Source: Eledone cirrhosa (Eukaryota). From it: DNA of 64,000 nt. The notes under the pieces were generated by a model. It was given only the letters and a program-made list of their open reading frames with translations, had not been told where the DNA came from and made no database searches. The position numbers were made by a program, and so were the translations under genes. Below, one piece after another: positions 48,511 to 62,028 of this stretch. The first letter of the stretch is position 1. Every line of letters begins with the position of its first letter. The stretch spans positions 340,256,001 through 340,320,000 of the forward strand of contig OZ024740.1 in NCBI GenBank assembly GCA_964016885.1, written 5' to 3'.

Positions 48511-50346
48511 CATCATAATCGTTTAACGTCTATCTTCCATGCTAGCATGGGTTAGACAGGAGTTGTCCTAATTTGAGGCAAGGTTGGTCGGGTGACCGTG
48601 TCTCGCTCGTATAGGACTATCTGGCGGGTTTTCTACGGCTGGATGCCCTTCCTAACACCAACCACATTTACAGTGTGGACTGGGAACTTTTTACCGTGTT
48701 ACCTACACGGCCACATTACAGCGTGGACTGTGTTTTTTTGTCGTGACACCTACACGATCTTGATCTCATTATCTCATTTATTTGGACTGGATGTTGTGGT
48801 ACCAACTTTACAGAGAAAGGATGGTGTTGGTGGGAGTGTGAGGATGGAGTAGGGGTAGTGGATTGGGGTGTATATTTGGTTAAGAGGTGCCTACTGACTG
48901 TAGGTTTCGCTTTGTAAATAGGCAAAGCATGTCTTCTGTATTACTGCGTGGCGCCAAAGATCTCGGTCCAGTGACATTGTCTTAGAGAGGTGTAAGTGTG
49001 TAAGGTTGGAATTTATCAAATCGTCCCAGGTTTTTCTGGGTCTACCTACTCCGTAACTTCCATCAATTTTGATCGCTCTGCACTTTTTTATGCAGCTGTC
49101 GTCTTTCATGCGCATCACGTGACCATACCAACGTAGTCTTCTCTCAAGTAAACAGCATCTGATCCCTCTTATTCCTAATTTCTCACTTAGTTCATTTATG
49201 TTTTGCCGTTCACATATATTACTATTACACATCCAACGGAGCATCCATGCTTCATTCCTTTCCAGTTTGCGCAGGTCCTCTGCACACAATGCCCATGTCT
49301 CACTGCCATGTAGCATTGCTGTTCGTATACAGGCATCATGCAATCTGCCTTTCATTTTTAGAGAGAAACCTTTTGTGGCCAACAGCGGTATAAGCTCTGA
49401 ACTTTTTCCATCCCGTTCTTACTCTGGCTACTGTACTTTCAGAGCACCCTCCACCACTGCTGATTTTGTCACCCAGGTAACGGAAGGTGTCCACTATTTC
49501 TATAGAACCATCTGGGCAATAGAAGGAGCTAGTATTCTGTGAGCACTTGCTACTTATTGCACCTGAGCATCGGCCACAGAAAATCTACGTTCTTAGATAG
49601 TTTACCTGTGATCCCACTACATCTTTTATGTACCCATAGTTTGCATTTGGGACATAAAATGAAATTTCTACCTACTCCTTTCCTACACACTGAGCATGGC
49701 CATTTCCCAGAGGGCACCTGTGCCCTATTTTCCTTTCTACATACTAGAACTTTAGTCTTAGACAAGTTAACTTTAAGGCCTTTTGATTCTAGGCCATGCT
49801 TCCATGTTTGGAATTTCTTCTCTAGTTCAACCATAAGAGTTAGATCATCTGTGTATAGGAGTTCCCATGGGGAGCCAGTCTTAAACTCCTTTGTTATAGC
49901 CTGAAGGACAATAATAAATAGGAGGGAGCTAAGGACAGAGCCTTGATGAACACCAACTTTTACACTAAATTCTTCACTCTATTCATTGTTAATTCTAACC
50001 TTACTGACTGTTTATTTATACATGGTTTGTATAGCTCTCACAAGCCATTCACCTACACCTAGTTTTCTAAGAGCCCACCATATAATGGAGCACGGGCCTG
50101 TCAAAGGCTTTCTCCAGGTCTACAAAAGCTAAGTAGAGGGGTTTACTTTTAGCTCGGTACTTCTCCTGCAGTTGTCGTACAAGAAAAAGAGCGGCTGTGG
50201 TACGTTTACCTGACACAAACCCAAACTGCATTTATCTAGATCAATTTGCTCTCTGATTAGTTGCGCTATAACTCTTTCTGTGACCTTCATGACCTCGTCA
50301 ACTAACTTAATGCCTCTATAGTTTCCCCTATCTAGAGCATCCCCTT
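48511..50346 (-). mobile_element. 5'-truncated RTE LINE (long-3'UTR subfamily) with frameshifts
   Basis: Runs from KGDALDRGNYRG through QFGF, DLEKAFD, YTDDL, the finger and GRPRKTW to the 3' UTR and tail. Confidence 0.95.
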
Positions 50347-52836
50347 ATAATATATCAACAAAGGGTCAGGAGGAACTTCAGTTGTGTTAAATATATGACA
50401 ATCTCCCTATAGTGCCATGATAAAATGCAATCAATACAGTCTGTTAAGTGTTTGGCACTGGGCAGGGCATCCAGCTGTAGAAACCATTGCCCAAACTGGA
50501 ATGTAAGACGTGGGCCCCCAGCCCATGTAGGAAGATTGTTGATCTGATTAAGTACTAACTTGGTCTACAACAACTTATCCAACTTATACCACCAGCATGG
50601 AAAAAACACTTTAAATGATATTGATATATATTATATATACATATATTGGTGTGGTCTAAATTTATACACACACATACACAATGCATTTCTATCCGTCATG
50701 TTACTGCAATAAAAAGCTCACTTTCCAGTCACAACGTCCTGGGTTCTAACCTTATATTTGTCCTTGTAAATAGTTATTGTTTCGAAGTTACTCATACATT
50801 TAATCCAGTAGATGTGGCATACCAATCCTGGACTTCAAAATTCAAATCTGCTTACTTTTTGTGCGTGCGCGCACACACAGTGTATTATAGTTAATAACTG
50901 TATGATTGTGCAGCTATCTGACATACGTATGCTACAATCTGTCAAAAATGTAAAATTTTTATTTAAAATTCATGAAACAATACATTCTCTATCAACTATG
51001 CTCTCTATCTCTCTCTTCCTCACACACACACGTGTGTGTGCTTATATATATGTGTGTATGTGTGTGTGAATGTGTATGTGATGATGATATATATAATACA
51101 CAAACATAGCTTTGTTAAAATTCTGTCCTTAAAACAATGGGTTATGTACTAGTTTTTAGATATGGGAAATAACCTTTGAATTCAAAACAAAATATCTATT
51201 CTGCAACCAGGTGTAGTATACAAAAAACGCATGTATCTATCTCTATTGAAGACAGGTGTGGTATTTATAATAACTAAAATGTTATCAGTAAATTAATGAG
51301 AATGGTAAATATATGATTGTCTTGATATTTGTGCTACTGGAAGATGATGGTACATGGCAAAAATGGGAGATATGCCTTGCAGTATTTAGATACCTCCCCA
51401 TTTTTTATACATTTATAAACAATAGAGCTGTTGTGAGTATGAGATTAAAGAGTGGTCCAATGGTTTACCAATGATTCATCACATGGTCAAAGGTGAAATT
51501 GACTAAATGTTTATATAAAAAAAAAACTCCTCTCCAATGAGTGGATCATGACATCAGGTATCAAGAGGATGTGTACAGTTGTGAAAGTACTAGTCTTTGT
51601 TGATTCTGAATACAAAATATACCAGTAATATACATGGGAACAATTCAATCAACTATATTCTTCCTCTATATATTGTGCTAATATAGCATGTCAACATTTG
51701 TGGTACTTACATGGAGATATATCCAGGGCCTATAAGAAGGGGCTTCAACCAGCTAACTGGTCCAGGGCCTTCCAAGGTCAATAAAGTAAAGTACTGGAGT
51801 TGATATAATCACCAGCCCCACACAAAAAAATACTGTTGATCTTGTGCCTATGTTGAAAACAATTATTAAAGAATAACATATATTTCTTAGATATTGGGGA
51901 GGAGGAAGTCATAGTAAATACTTGGTTGTGACAACATAATCTCCAAATACAAGTTATAGCCTCTTTCAAGCCCAAGTTTGCACCTACTGATAATCTACCC
52001 ATAGTAAAGAAAACCTAGCAACAACAGCAATGTGTTTCTAGAACATACCACCTGCTGTGATTCTACAATCTTTTGATATAATTTATGTATCATGATATGA
52101 GTAAGCGCTCTCTCTTAAGCCAAATGTTGAGCTGTAGCATTATTTTTTTTAATAAAGTCTTTGGTATATGGATCTATCATTACATCTTACAACAGTTTAT
52201 TCAATGAATCAAATTGGATAGAGTTTTAAGTCCAGAAAGTTTCAATATAGTTTCTTCTCAATTGGCATTAGTTTCTTTGGAATTCAAACACTGATTTTAT
52301 ATATTTGAACATTTTCTTGCCAGTATTTCTCACCTTGACAGAATACATGTCCTCCTAAACTTCATATCTCATGAAGTGCTCAGATTTATCATAGATTGTG
52401 ACAATTATAAAGATGCAATAAATTGCCTTAAAGATATCTACATTAAACCAGTCATCATCATCATCATCATTTTACATTTGTTTTCCATGCTGGCACGAGT
52501 TGGATAGGTTGTCGCAGTCTAAGAATAAAAGGGTCAGACAACCACATTATGCTCATACATTTCATTTTGGCATGGTTTCTACAGTTGGATGCCTTCCTTA
52601 CACCACTTTACAGAGTATTGTGAATGTGTTTTATCATGGCAAGATAAATATAGAGACAATTACATTGGCTTATATGGAGAGAGAAATAAATGGGAGTGAA
52701 GATAATGGTAGAAATAAGAGTGATTAGGTAACAAGGAGAGAATGTGGGAAAACATAGCTGTCCGTATGTGAGGTCAGTTAGTATGTAAATGTAACATTCC
52801 TATATCAGACTCAATAACCAAAAGAAATTATGCTGG

Positions 52837-52880
<44 letters not shown>

Positions 52881-53095
52881 AATATAAATGGTTAAGATTT
52901 TTATATGATACACTTAAACCTAAATGATACATTTATACATATGAAACATGATAAAAAAAATGACAAAACCGCCAACTGAGATTGAACCATATATATCTAG
53001 GGAGTGTAACTTGGAGTTACTGTAGGTTCACTCGGGTGAGCACTCGATGTTTAGGTTCACTTCTGTGTCGAGGTGTAGAGCTATACAGAGTGTAT

Positions 53096-53220
53096 TATAT
53101 TGAAAAGATAACAAGGACGATTGGTTACTCCTTCATTACATTTATTGGTTAGGTTCACCCGGGTGAACCAATAAATGTAATGAAGGAGTAACCAATCATC
53201 CTTGTTATCTTTTCAATATA
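53096..53220. repeat. Near-perfect ~125-bp palindrome centred on ggttcacccgggtgaacc
   Basis: Arms match except one CpG-type mismatch and a 5-nt ggtta duplication; no loop. Confidence 0.95.
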
Positions 53221-56200
53221 TATATATATATTCATGTATGTGTGTATCTTTCATCAATATATATCAGCAAAGAATAGAAACATAGGTAAGAAAACAAAGC
53301 CTGATGCTTTTCTAACAAAGTCTGTGCAATATTTGTTCTGCACTGAGTTGGTGACACTCTCTCATCACTGTCATTGTCAGAAACACAGTAAACTTACAAT
53401 TAACCTACTGGAAACCTTTAACCACCAAACAATTGTTTGCTAATGGTAATATAAAATAAATATATATATATAAGACAATAGGATGCGATTAAAAGGAGAC
53501 CCGACTACTATTTCTAGCAAGTTAAAAGGCTACATAGAGGCTTCATTATTGGTTTGAAAACCGAAACTAAAGTGTTAATGAGAGATGAAATCCAAAAGTT
53601 AAATTACAAAACAACAGTGTTTAAGTAAACACAGCCTCCTTCATTCACAAAATAATTATAATTATCCACTGAATGTCTTTCACTTAATGGTACACACAAC
53701 CTTACTTTACTATATAAACAGCCTGCTTTTCTTCAGCAGAGCCTTGCACTTGATAAAAATGGTAGCGCCAATTAAACAGAAATCTACAAAGAATTCTTTG
53801 TTCTTCAATTATTAATAAGCCTTCAGAAATTAGTCTCTAAAAGTAAATCAGTGATTCTGGCAACTCTTCAAAAGCAAAGATAAAAATTAAATCAATTTTG
53901 TAAATCATATTAAATCCATGACCCAAAAGTCACTTTTTGATTTCCTGTGAATCTAACTCTTTTGATACTAAACTATCTGAAACGACCCCTGACTCTACTA
54001 TATAAAACTGTTTATTTTAAAGTGTTTTATATTTATCTAAAAACCTTCCATCATAATCTTATAAAGAACCTTTGATAAGTATGTTCCAAACACCAACTTA
54101 ATGAAAAATTTAGTTATATTACCCTTTAGTTATATTACCCTCCAAACTCTTCACTATTTTCAAAATTATTTGAAAATCATAGACAGTGGCATTTATTAGA
54201 ATTATATTAATGAATGGTTAAAGTATTTATATTTATCTAGAAACCTTTCATCACATTATATTTTTACGTAAGAACCTTTAAGTTGTGTTCCAGACACCAG
54301 TTTAACAATGAGAAAGTTAATTAAACGTTAACGAGCTGAAACAAATACTGCTACACATTTGTCTGATGCTCAAACGACTCTGCCAACCCACTACCCTCAT
54401 ATCATCTTAACAATGAAACAATATTTTTAGTAAATCTTTCTAGATTCTTCATTAATTAAAAAAAAAGTTAGAGCCTGTCCCAAGCTATCAAACTCATTAG
54501 GCTGGTGCTTACCCCCAGTTTCATTTTTCATTGGTGTTAAGTGACTGACAGTACAAGACTCCTCCCTGGATATGATACCAGTGAATCACAGAGTTAATAA
54601 CCCCCAGCTACTGCTGGTATTTATTTTCAGCTGAGTATACTGGAGCAAAGTGAAATGAAGTGTTTTGCTCAAGAATACAAGTCACCACTTAGACCAGGTA
54701 TTGAACCGACAACATCATGAGTGAAACCACTTAACCACTAGGCCATATGCCTTCACTATCTTCATTAATTAATTAATTAGAATAAAATTTATTTCATTAG
54801 AAATAGTCACAAAAGGGTTAAGTGACTTTTATTGAACAATTTTTACTGAACAATTTATATTGAATTTTGTGTTTTATATTTTGGAAAAAGTTGGAACAAT
54901 AGAAGCATTAAAAGTTACAGGACAGAAGAAAAAAGAGCAATAGATATTGTTAGAGAGTAAGATAATATCTGATATCTGAAGGGGAACATTGTGTTACACT
55001 AACAAGTAGGATAGATATTTATAGAAACAATAGAGTTAATCAAGTGGTTCATATCTACTGTGTGTGTGCGAGAGTAAAGTGAAACTTACACTCCTACACA
55101 ACCAATGTCTGCATTCCTAAACAGATGACACAGAACAGTTACTCTCAGATTAGATTTAAATATATAGAAATGAATACAATGTAAAGTGGTTGACAAATGA
55201 TTCTAGTCAACATAGGCTAGGGTGACCCTTTAGTCTTGTCTAAAACTTCACAACCTCTCTAGTGCTGGCACCATGATAAAATGTACCCAGTATGTTCTGT
55301 GAAGTGGGTGATAATCAGATACAATATAATTGTAGAAAGAACTTTTCAGTTTGGTCAAGCACATGACAACCTCTCTAGGTTGGTGCCACAATAAAATACA
55401 CCCACTACCCTCTGTAAAGTAGTAGTGTTGGTGCTACAACAAAATGTACTCGGTACACTCTATAAAATGTTTGGCACCAGGAAGGACATCGGACCATAGA
55501 AACATTGCTAAAATATGGAACACATAAACAAGACAAGATTAGTGACCATGTCTTGTCTCAGTCCACGACGCCCAGTCCAACCCATGCCAGCATGGAAAAC
55601 GAATGTCACCACTGTGTTCCTCAACTAGATGCAGGCATGGCATATCTGGAGTAATGGATATATTTAGCACACCTAGTCGTAGGGCCAGCTATTAATGTGT
55701 CGTATGTCTGAAGCTACACAATACATAGAATGGTAGACTTAATCTGTTGCCAGGTTTAACACCCTTTGGCCTTTGGGTGTTACAAGCATTTAGGCCAGGT
55801 CTATGGCTTAAGGATGCCTTCTTCTTTCTCACCAGTCTCAGTGTTTCTGAAAACTGTCATGGACACTCATTTCTTTCCTGACTAAACAGTAAAAAACAAA
55901 AAAGATAACATAAATATGTTGGTTTTAGCTTCTAGAGGCAAACAAACTTGGTAATTTCCCTGCATTAGATGAAATAAAGAAAGAAGCCAACCATCAAATT
56001 GAACCAAGGAAACTATATTTTCCATTAGTCTTTCCATTGCTGATACTATCTGCTGGTTACAGCTTCTGACAGAAGCATCATTACTTTTTTGGTAACAGGA
56101 GGCAGGATTTGAACTGAGAATGCACAGAGCAGGTATAAATACTGCAAAGCATCCCTTCCAACAGATTCTTTAACAAATCTGCCAAACCATCATCCATGGA

Positions 56201-56232
56201 CTGGTACTTTATTTATCAACTCTGAAAGGATG

Positions 56233-56783
56233 TGTAGTAAGCAATAGTGCTACTTTATCGCAACGGAGAAATTTGGTCGTGCTTGGTCAGTCGCCAGCCC
56301 TTAGTATTGGTGGCGTAGGAGTACTAAGAATGACTTTCACCCAACAGTCGATTTCATACCTAATTATCAATTCTCCCGCAGTTACGTTCGAGATCTTCTA
56401 CTGAGCAGTACCGTGTAACTCACTTCCTGATTTTCTTGATCTTGCTCTCTAAAGCCGAGGGAGATCTCAATATATAACTCTGTAGAGAATTACATGTATC
56501 GTTCAACTTGATTATGCGATATGTTTGTAACTCTTCACTCACCTTGTACTTGTATTAATATGAAGAAGAAAATAAATCTTTATTATGTTTTGAAATATGC
56601 CTTCTGATCTTTTCCGCTACCATAGAATATGAACATCATTATTACATCTCCATTTTCCTGAAGTAGTAATCACTACTAACATATCAGTCAAACATCGAAT
56701 TGCTACTTTTATGAATTGTACCATTATGAATTTCTCTTGACCGCCTTTCTGCTACCATTACAACAAAAGTACTTATTACTAAA
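56233..56783 (+). mobile_element. Solo LTR (Ty3/gypsy-like) inserted in a Nin SINE
   Basis: Starts TGTAGTAA and ends TTACTAAA (degenerate TTACTACA); 4-bp TSD gatg on both sides; tatataa near 56470 and aataaa near 56572; the flanks rejoin into the SINE core. Confidence 0.72.
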
Positions 56784-57249
56784 GATGAAAAACTTAGCTG
56801 ATCTCTGAGGGATTTGAACTCAGATCACAGAGAGCAGGAACAAATTCAGCGGCATTTAATCTAACACTCTGACCCTGCCAATTTACAACCTAAATTAGAT
56901 GAAGTTAAAAGATATTTCGAAAACGTGATGGAGTATAACAAAATCAATTCCACTGAAATGGTAAATGTTTCTATGGAAACAGACTAATTGGAAGTAACCT
57001 AAAAGTGCCAACTGTAAGTTTAGTTAACCTACTTAATAGCAACCTACTTGTGACTACTCGTACAAAAATTTACCTATATAAATTAATATCTTTATCAAAA
57101 TCCTGTAGCATGAGTATTGCTGGGCGGTTTCAGTTAGTCCACACTACTATAATATATACTAATATATAAAGTTACATATATTTAATAGAAACATAACACC
57201 TCAAAAATTATTTGTAACAAATAGACAGTTTACTCATTAGAAATCACCA

Positions 57250-58152
57250 ACATCATCACCATTTAACATCCATATTTCCATGTTGGCATGGGTTCTTGTG
57301 AGATAGGTCAGGTGACCATGTCTTACTCACACAGAACTGATTTTGGTTTTTGTTTCTACAGCTGGGTGCCCTTCCTAGCACCAACCTCATTTACAGTGAG
57401 TACTGGGTGCTTTTTGTTGTGACACCTACACAACCACCTTACAGTGAGTACTGGGTACTTTTTGCCGTGACACCTACACAACCACTTTACAGAGTGGACT
57501 GGGTACTTTTTGCTGTGACACTGCACAACCACTTTACAGTGAGGGCTGAGCACTTTTTGTCATGTCACCATCACAACCACTTTACAGTGTGGGCTGGGCG
57601 CTTTTTATCATGTCGCCCTCACAATCACTTTATAGTGTGGGCTGGAGGCTTCACTAGATGCATACTTCCGCTTGTCCTCATGGGAGATGTATGGGAGTGG
57701 GTGGAGTAGGGTGATGCATACCATATATATGCTTCAGTCTTGACCTGTGCCCATGTGAAGTCTGATCTTCTATAATACTGTGTAGCCAGATATCTCGGTC
57801 CTGTGTCATCGCCTTTGAGAGGTGCAATTGGGCACGGTCAGCTTTTATCATATCGTCCCAAGTCTTCCTGGGTCTTCCCACTCCACGGCTTCCATCAACT
57901 TCTCGTGCTCTGCACCATCTTATACAGCTACCATCCTTCATATGCATCACATGTCCATACCAACGCAAACTCCTCTCCTGCACACTGCATCTGATTCTTC
58001 TTATGCTTTGTTTCTCTCTCAGTACGTTTATGCTTTGCCGCTCACGTATATTACTATTACACATCAATCGGAGTATGCTAGCTTAATTCTTTTCCAATCT
58101 ATGCAAGTCTTCTGCACACAACACCCAGGTCTCACTACCGTGCAACATTGCT
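57250..58152 (-). mobile_element. RTE 3' end with an expanded tandem-repeat 3' UTR (about 6 units at 57380-57640)
   Basis: AMLHGSETW...LRWYGHVMHMKD..GRPRKTW plus UTR. Confidence 0.92.
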
Positions 58153-58560
58153 GACAGTCATGAAAGGGTTAATAGATAATGACTTATGGTTCAGCGGGAG
58201 AAGCTAACATGTAGTATACAGCTTCGTATTCTCATATAGATGATGCACCATATTTTGGGATAACATATTTAACTGTGTGCCTACAGCAATAGTTTATTTG
58301 TTAATCCATAACACAAAAAGTTTCCCCACACAGTCAGTTCATCTGTCTGTTGGTATATGGGTATCTGTGAGTGTGGGTGGTGGTTTATGAATGTGTTCTA
58401 TATATTACATAATATAATATATATATTTCATCATCATTTCACGTCCGCTTTTCCCTGCTTGCCTACAGGGAAAACAGATATTAAATGTTGATATTATAAG
58501 CTATGCTAGCATTGAAAAAATGGCGTTAATAATATATATTGTGTGTGTGTGTATGTATGT

Positions 58561-58603
<43 letters not shown>

Positions 58604-59493
58604 AAACAGAAGAAATATGGCAGTTAGATCAAAATGGACCAACCACACCCATATCTGTGTCAGGTCACATCTGGAAGTGATTATGATTATTCAGTTAATA
58701 ACACTCCCATTAATAACTTAGAGAAATATTTAAATACAACCTCCTCCCATCGCATCTACAGTATAATTGTTGTTGTTGTTGTTTGGTTAGCTCCAGGTCA
58801 GACATGATTAGCAGACCAAAGGTATTCCAGCCAGTAACAATTGTATCTAGCTACTTTTTCAATGATTCCATCCTTTTCTTAAGACTGTAGGGTGTGATTT
58901 CAATAAGATTCTATTGCTAATTCTAGCAGGTCGACCAACCACATTAAGGTTTCCTTGCTGACTTATATGATACACACAATTGTCATCACACATTCAGAAA
59001 TAGTGTTAATACCACTGCCATATTACAGTTTCCCATCTCAAATAGAGTTGTCATTACTGCCATCTTTCTTATCTACCAATTCATGTGGCATCAGGGAGAA
59101 TATCCAGTAATAAAAAAGATGACTCTAAAAGTCTTGGCCAACCCATACCACCATGAGAAAACAGACATAAAATTGATGAAGAAATTTAGATATATTTGCA
59201 ACAACCAAATGTCTTAGTTAATGAAAATGATGTGTAGGAATTTGTTTATATGAGAAACAACATAATCAGTGAACGTAGATGAAGTGTAGTGTTGTTATGA
59301 CACTATACTAAATATAGCTAACAGAACCAAAGTGTTGTCTATACATGATAAAATACACCTGTAAAGCAGTAGTGTTGGTTCCACAATAAAATGCACCCAG
59401 TAAAGCAGGTGCCATGATAGTGAACAAACTGAGGCTATGTAGAATTGAGAAGACCCCTTTGTCCTGCTGAAAACATAACATTTCTAGGGTTAA

Positions 59494-62028
59494 TCATCAT
59501 CATCATCGTTTAACGTGCATCTTCCACGCTAGCATGGGTTTGGACGGGAATTTTCCCACTTGAGGCAAGATTGGTTGTCTTGCTCGTATAGGACTGTCTG
59601 GCAGGGTTTTCTACGGCTGGATGCCCTTCCTAACACCAACCACGTTTACAGTGTGGACTGGGAGGTTTTTACCGTGTTACCTACACGGCCACATTACAGT
59701 GTGGACTGTATTTTTTTTGTTGTGACACCTACACGACCTCATTTATTTCGGACTGGATGCTGTGGTACCAACATAACTTTACATTGGAAGGGGTGGGGGT
59801 AGTGGGGCCGGGGTGTATTTTTGTTAGAGGTGCCTACTGACTGTAGGTTTCGCTTTGTACTTAGGCAAGGCGGGTCTTCTGTATTACTGTGTATCGCCAA
59901 AGATCTCGGTCCAGTGACATTGTCTTGGAGAGGTGTAAGTGTGTGAGGTCGAAGTTTAGCAAGTCATCCCAGGTTTTTCTGGGTCTGCCTACTCCGTGGC
60001 TACTGTCTATTTTTAATCGCCCTGCACTTTTTTATATAGCTGAATCTATGGTAGAACTAGAGAAGAAATTCCAAACTTGGAAGCAGGGACTAGAAAGAAA
60101 GGGTCTCAAAGTCAACATGACAAAGACTAAGGTCCTTGTAAGTAGACGAGAAAACAGAACCCAGATCCCCTCAGGGAAATGGCCTTGCTCAGTATGTAGG
60201 AAAGGTGTAGGTAGGAACTCCATTCTCTGCCCCAAATGCAAACAATGGGTACACAAGAGATGTAGCAGGATCTCAGGAAGCTTAATTAAGAATGTAGGCT
60301 TCACATGCAGCAGCTGTGCTGGGACAGCAAGCAGCAAACAGCCACAGGAAACAAGTAACACCAATCTCTGGGAGGGCTCTGTAGAAACAGTAGACAGCTT
60401 CTGCTACCTAGGTGACCGAATTAGCAGTGGAGGTGGGTGTTCAGAAAGTACAATAACTAGGGTAAGAACGGGATGGAAGAAGTTTAGGGAACTACTACCA
60501 CTGCTAGCTGCAAAAGGCTTCTCCCTCAAAATGAAAGGCAGACTGTATGATGCATGTATCCGAACAGCAATGTTGCATGGTAGTGAGACCTGGGCGCTGA
60601 AGGTGGCAGACTTACGTAGATTAGAGAGAAACGAAGCCTGCATGCTCCGATGGATGTGTAACAGTAATATACGCGAACGGCAAAGCATAAATGAATTGAG
60701 AGAGAGACTGAGCATAAGAGGAATCAAATGCTGTGTGCAGGAGAGGCGGTTGCGTTGGTATGGACATGTGATGCGTATGAAGGATGACAGCTGCATAAAA
60801 AGGTGCAGAGCACTAGAAGTCGATGGAAACTGCGGAGTGGGGAGACCCAAGATGACCTGGGATGAGGTGATAAAAGCTGACCTTACCCAATTACACCTCT
60901 CAAAGGCAATGACACACGACCGTGACCTCTGGCGTCACGCAGTAATACAGAGTACCCAGCCTCCCATGGGTACAAGCTGAAGCATATAGACAATATGCCC
61001 CCACACGCCCCACTGCAAGGTGGTCGTGGAAGTGCCACGGCAAAAAAGCACCCAGCCCACACAGTAAAGTGGACGTGTAGGCGCCACGAAAAAGCACCCA
61101 GCACTCACTGTAAATGAGGTTGGTGTTAGGAAGGGCATCCAGCTGTAGAAATCAAGCCAAATCAGTTCCTGTATGAGCAAGGCATGGTCAGCCGACCAGA
61201 CACTGCCCACAACAGGACAACCCGTCTAACCCATGCTAGCGTGGAAGAACGGACGTAAAACGGTGATGATGATGATGATGTCTTTCATGCGCATCACATG
61301 ACCATACCAACGTAGTCTTCTCTCGAGTAAACAGCATGTGATCCCTCTTATTCCTAATTTCTCCCTTAGTTCGTTTATGCTTTGCCGTTCACGTATATTA
61401 CTATTACACATCCAGCGGAGCATGCAAGCTTCGTTCCTCTCCAGTCTGCGTATATCCTCTGCACACAATGCCCAGGTCTCACTGCCATGCAACATTGCTG
61501 TTCGTATGCAGGCATCATACAGCCTGCCTTTCATTTTTAGTGAGAACCCTTTAGTGGCCAATAGTGGTATAAGCTCTCTGAACTTTTTCCATCCCGTTCT
61601 GACTCTAGCTACTGTACTTTCAGAGCACCCTCCACCACTGCTGATTTTGTCACCCAGGTAACGGAAGGTGTCCACTATTTCTATAGAACCATCTGTGCAA
61701 TGGAATGAGCTAGTATTCTGTGGGCACTTGCTGCTACTTATTGCACCAGAGCACCAGCCACATATAAAATCTATATTCTTAGTTAGCTTACCTGTGATCC
61801 CACTACATCTTTTATGCACCCATACTTTGCATTTGGGACATAAAATGGAGTTTCTGCCTACTCCTTCCCTACACACTGAGCATGGCCATTTCCCAGATGG
61901 GACTGGTGCCCTATTTTCCTTCCTACAAACTAGAACTTTAGTCTTAGACAGGTTAATTTTAAGGCCTTTTGATTCTAGGCCATGCTTCCATATTTGGAAT
62001 TTCTTCTCTAGTTCGGCCATTGATTCGC
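59494..62028 (-). mobile_element. 5'-truncated RTE LINE split into 59494-60042 and 61281-62028 by a second RTE
   Basis: The two halves rejoin to ...WYGHVMRMKD|DSxIKKCRAIK..., as in the uninterrupted copy at 49070-49130. Confidence 0.93.
60035..61280 (+). mobile_element. 5'-truncated RTE LINE of a different subfamily, nested antisense in the previous copy
   Basis: Open frame IAESMVELEKKFQ...GRPKMTW...PMGTS stop, 3' UTR units, ccatgctagcgtgg, (GAT)n tail. Confidence 0.95.

Noticed and set aside
51778-52030. Possible minus-strand exon after a ttgctag acceptor
   Set aside because: No recognisable homology or partner exons, so I cannot support it without transcript data
57380-57640. CRISPR-like periodic ~40-bp repeats (also 4735-4890, 22390-22560, 55260-55470)
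   Set aside because: Units are contiguous, degenerate and lack unique spacers; they belong to RTE 3' UTRs; there are no cas genes and the context is eukaryotic
59889-60980. 363-aa ORF as a novel gene
   Set aside because: The first ~50 codons are antisense host RTE, and the rest is the nested RTE fragment
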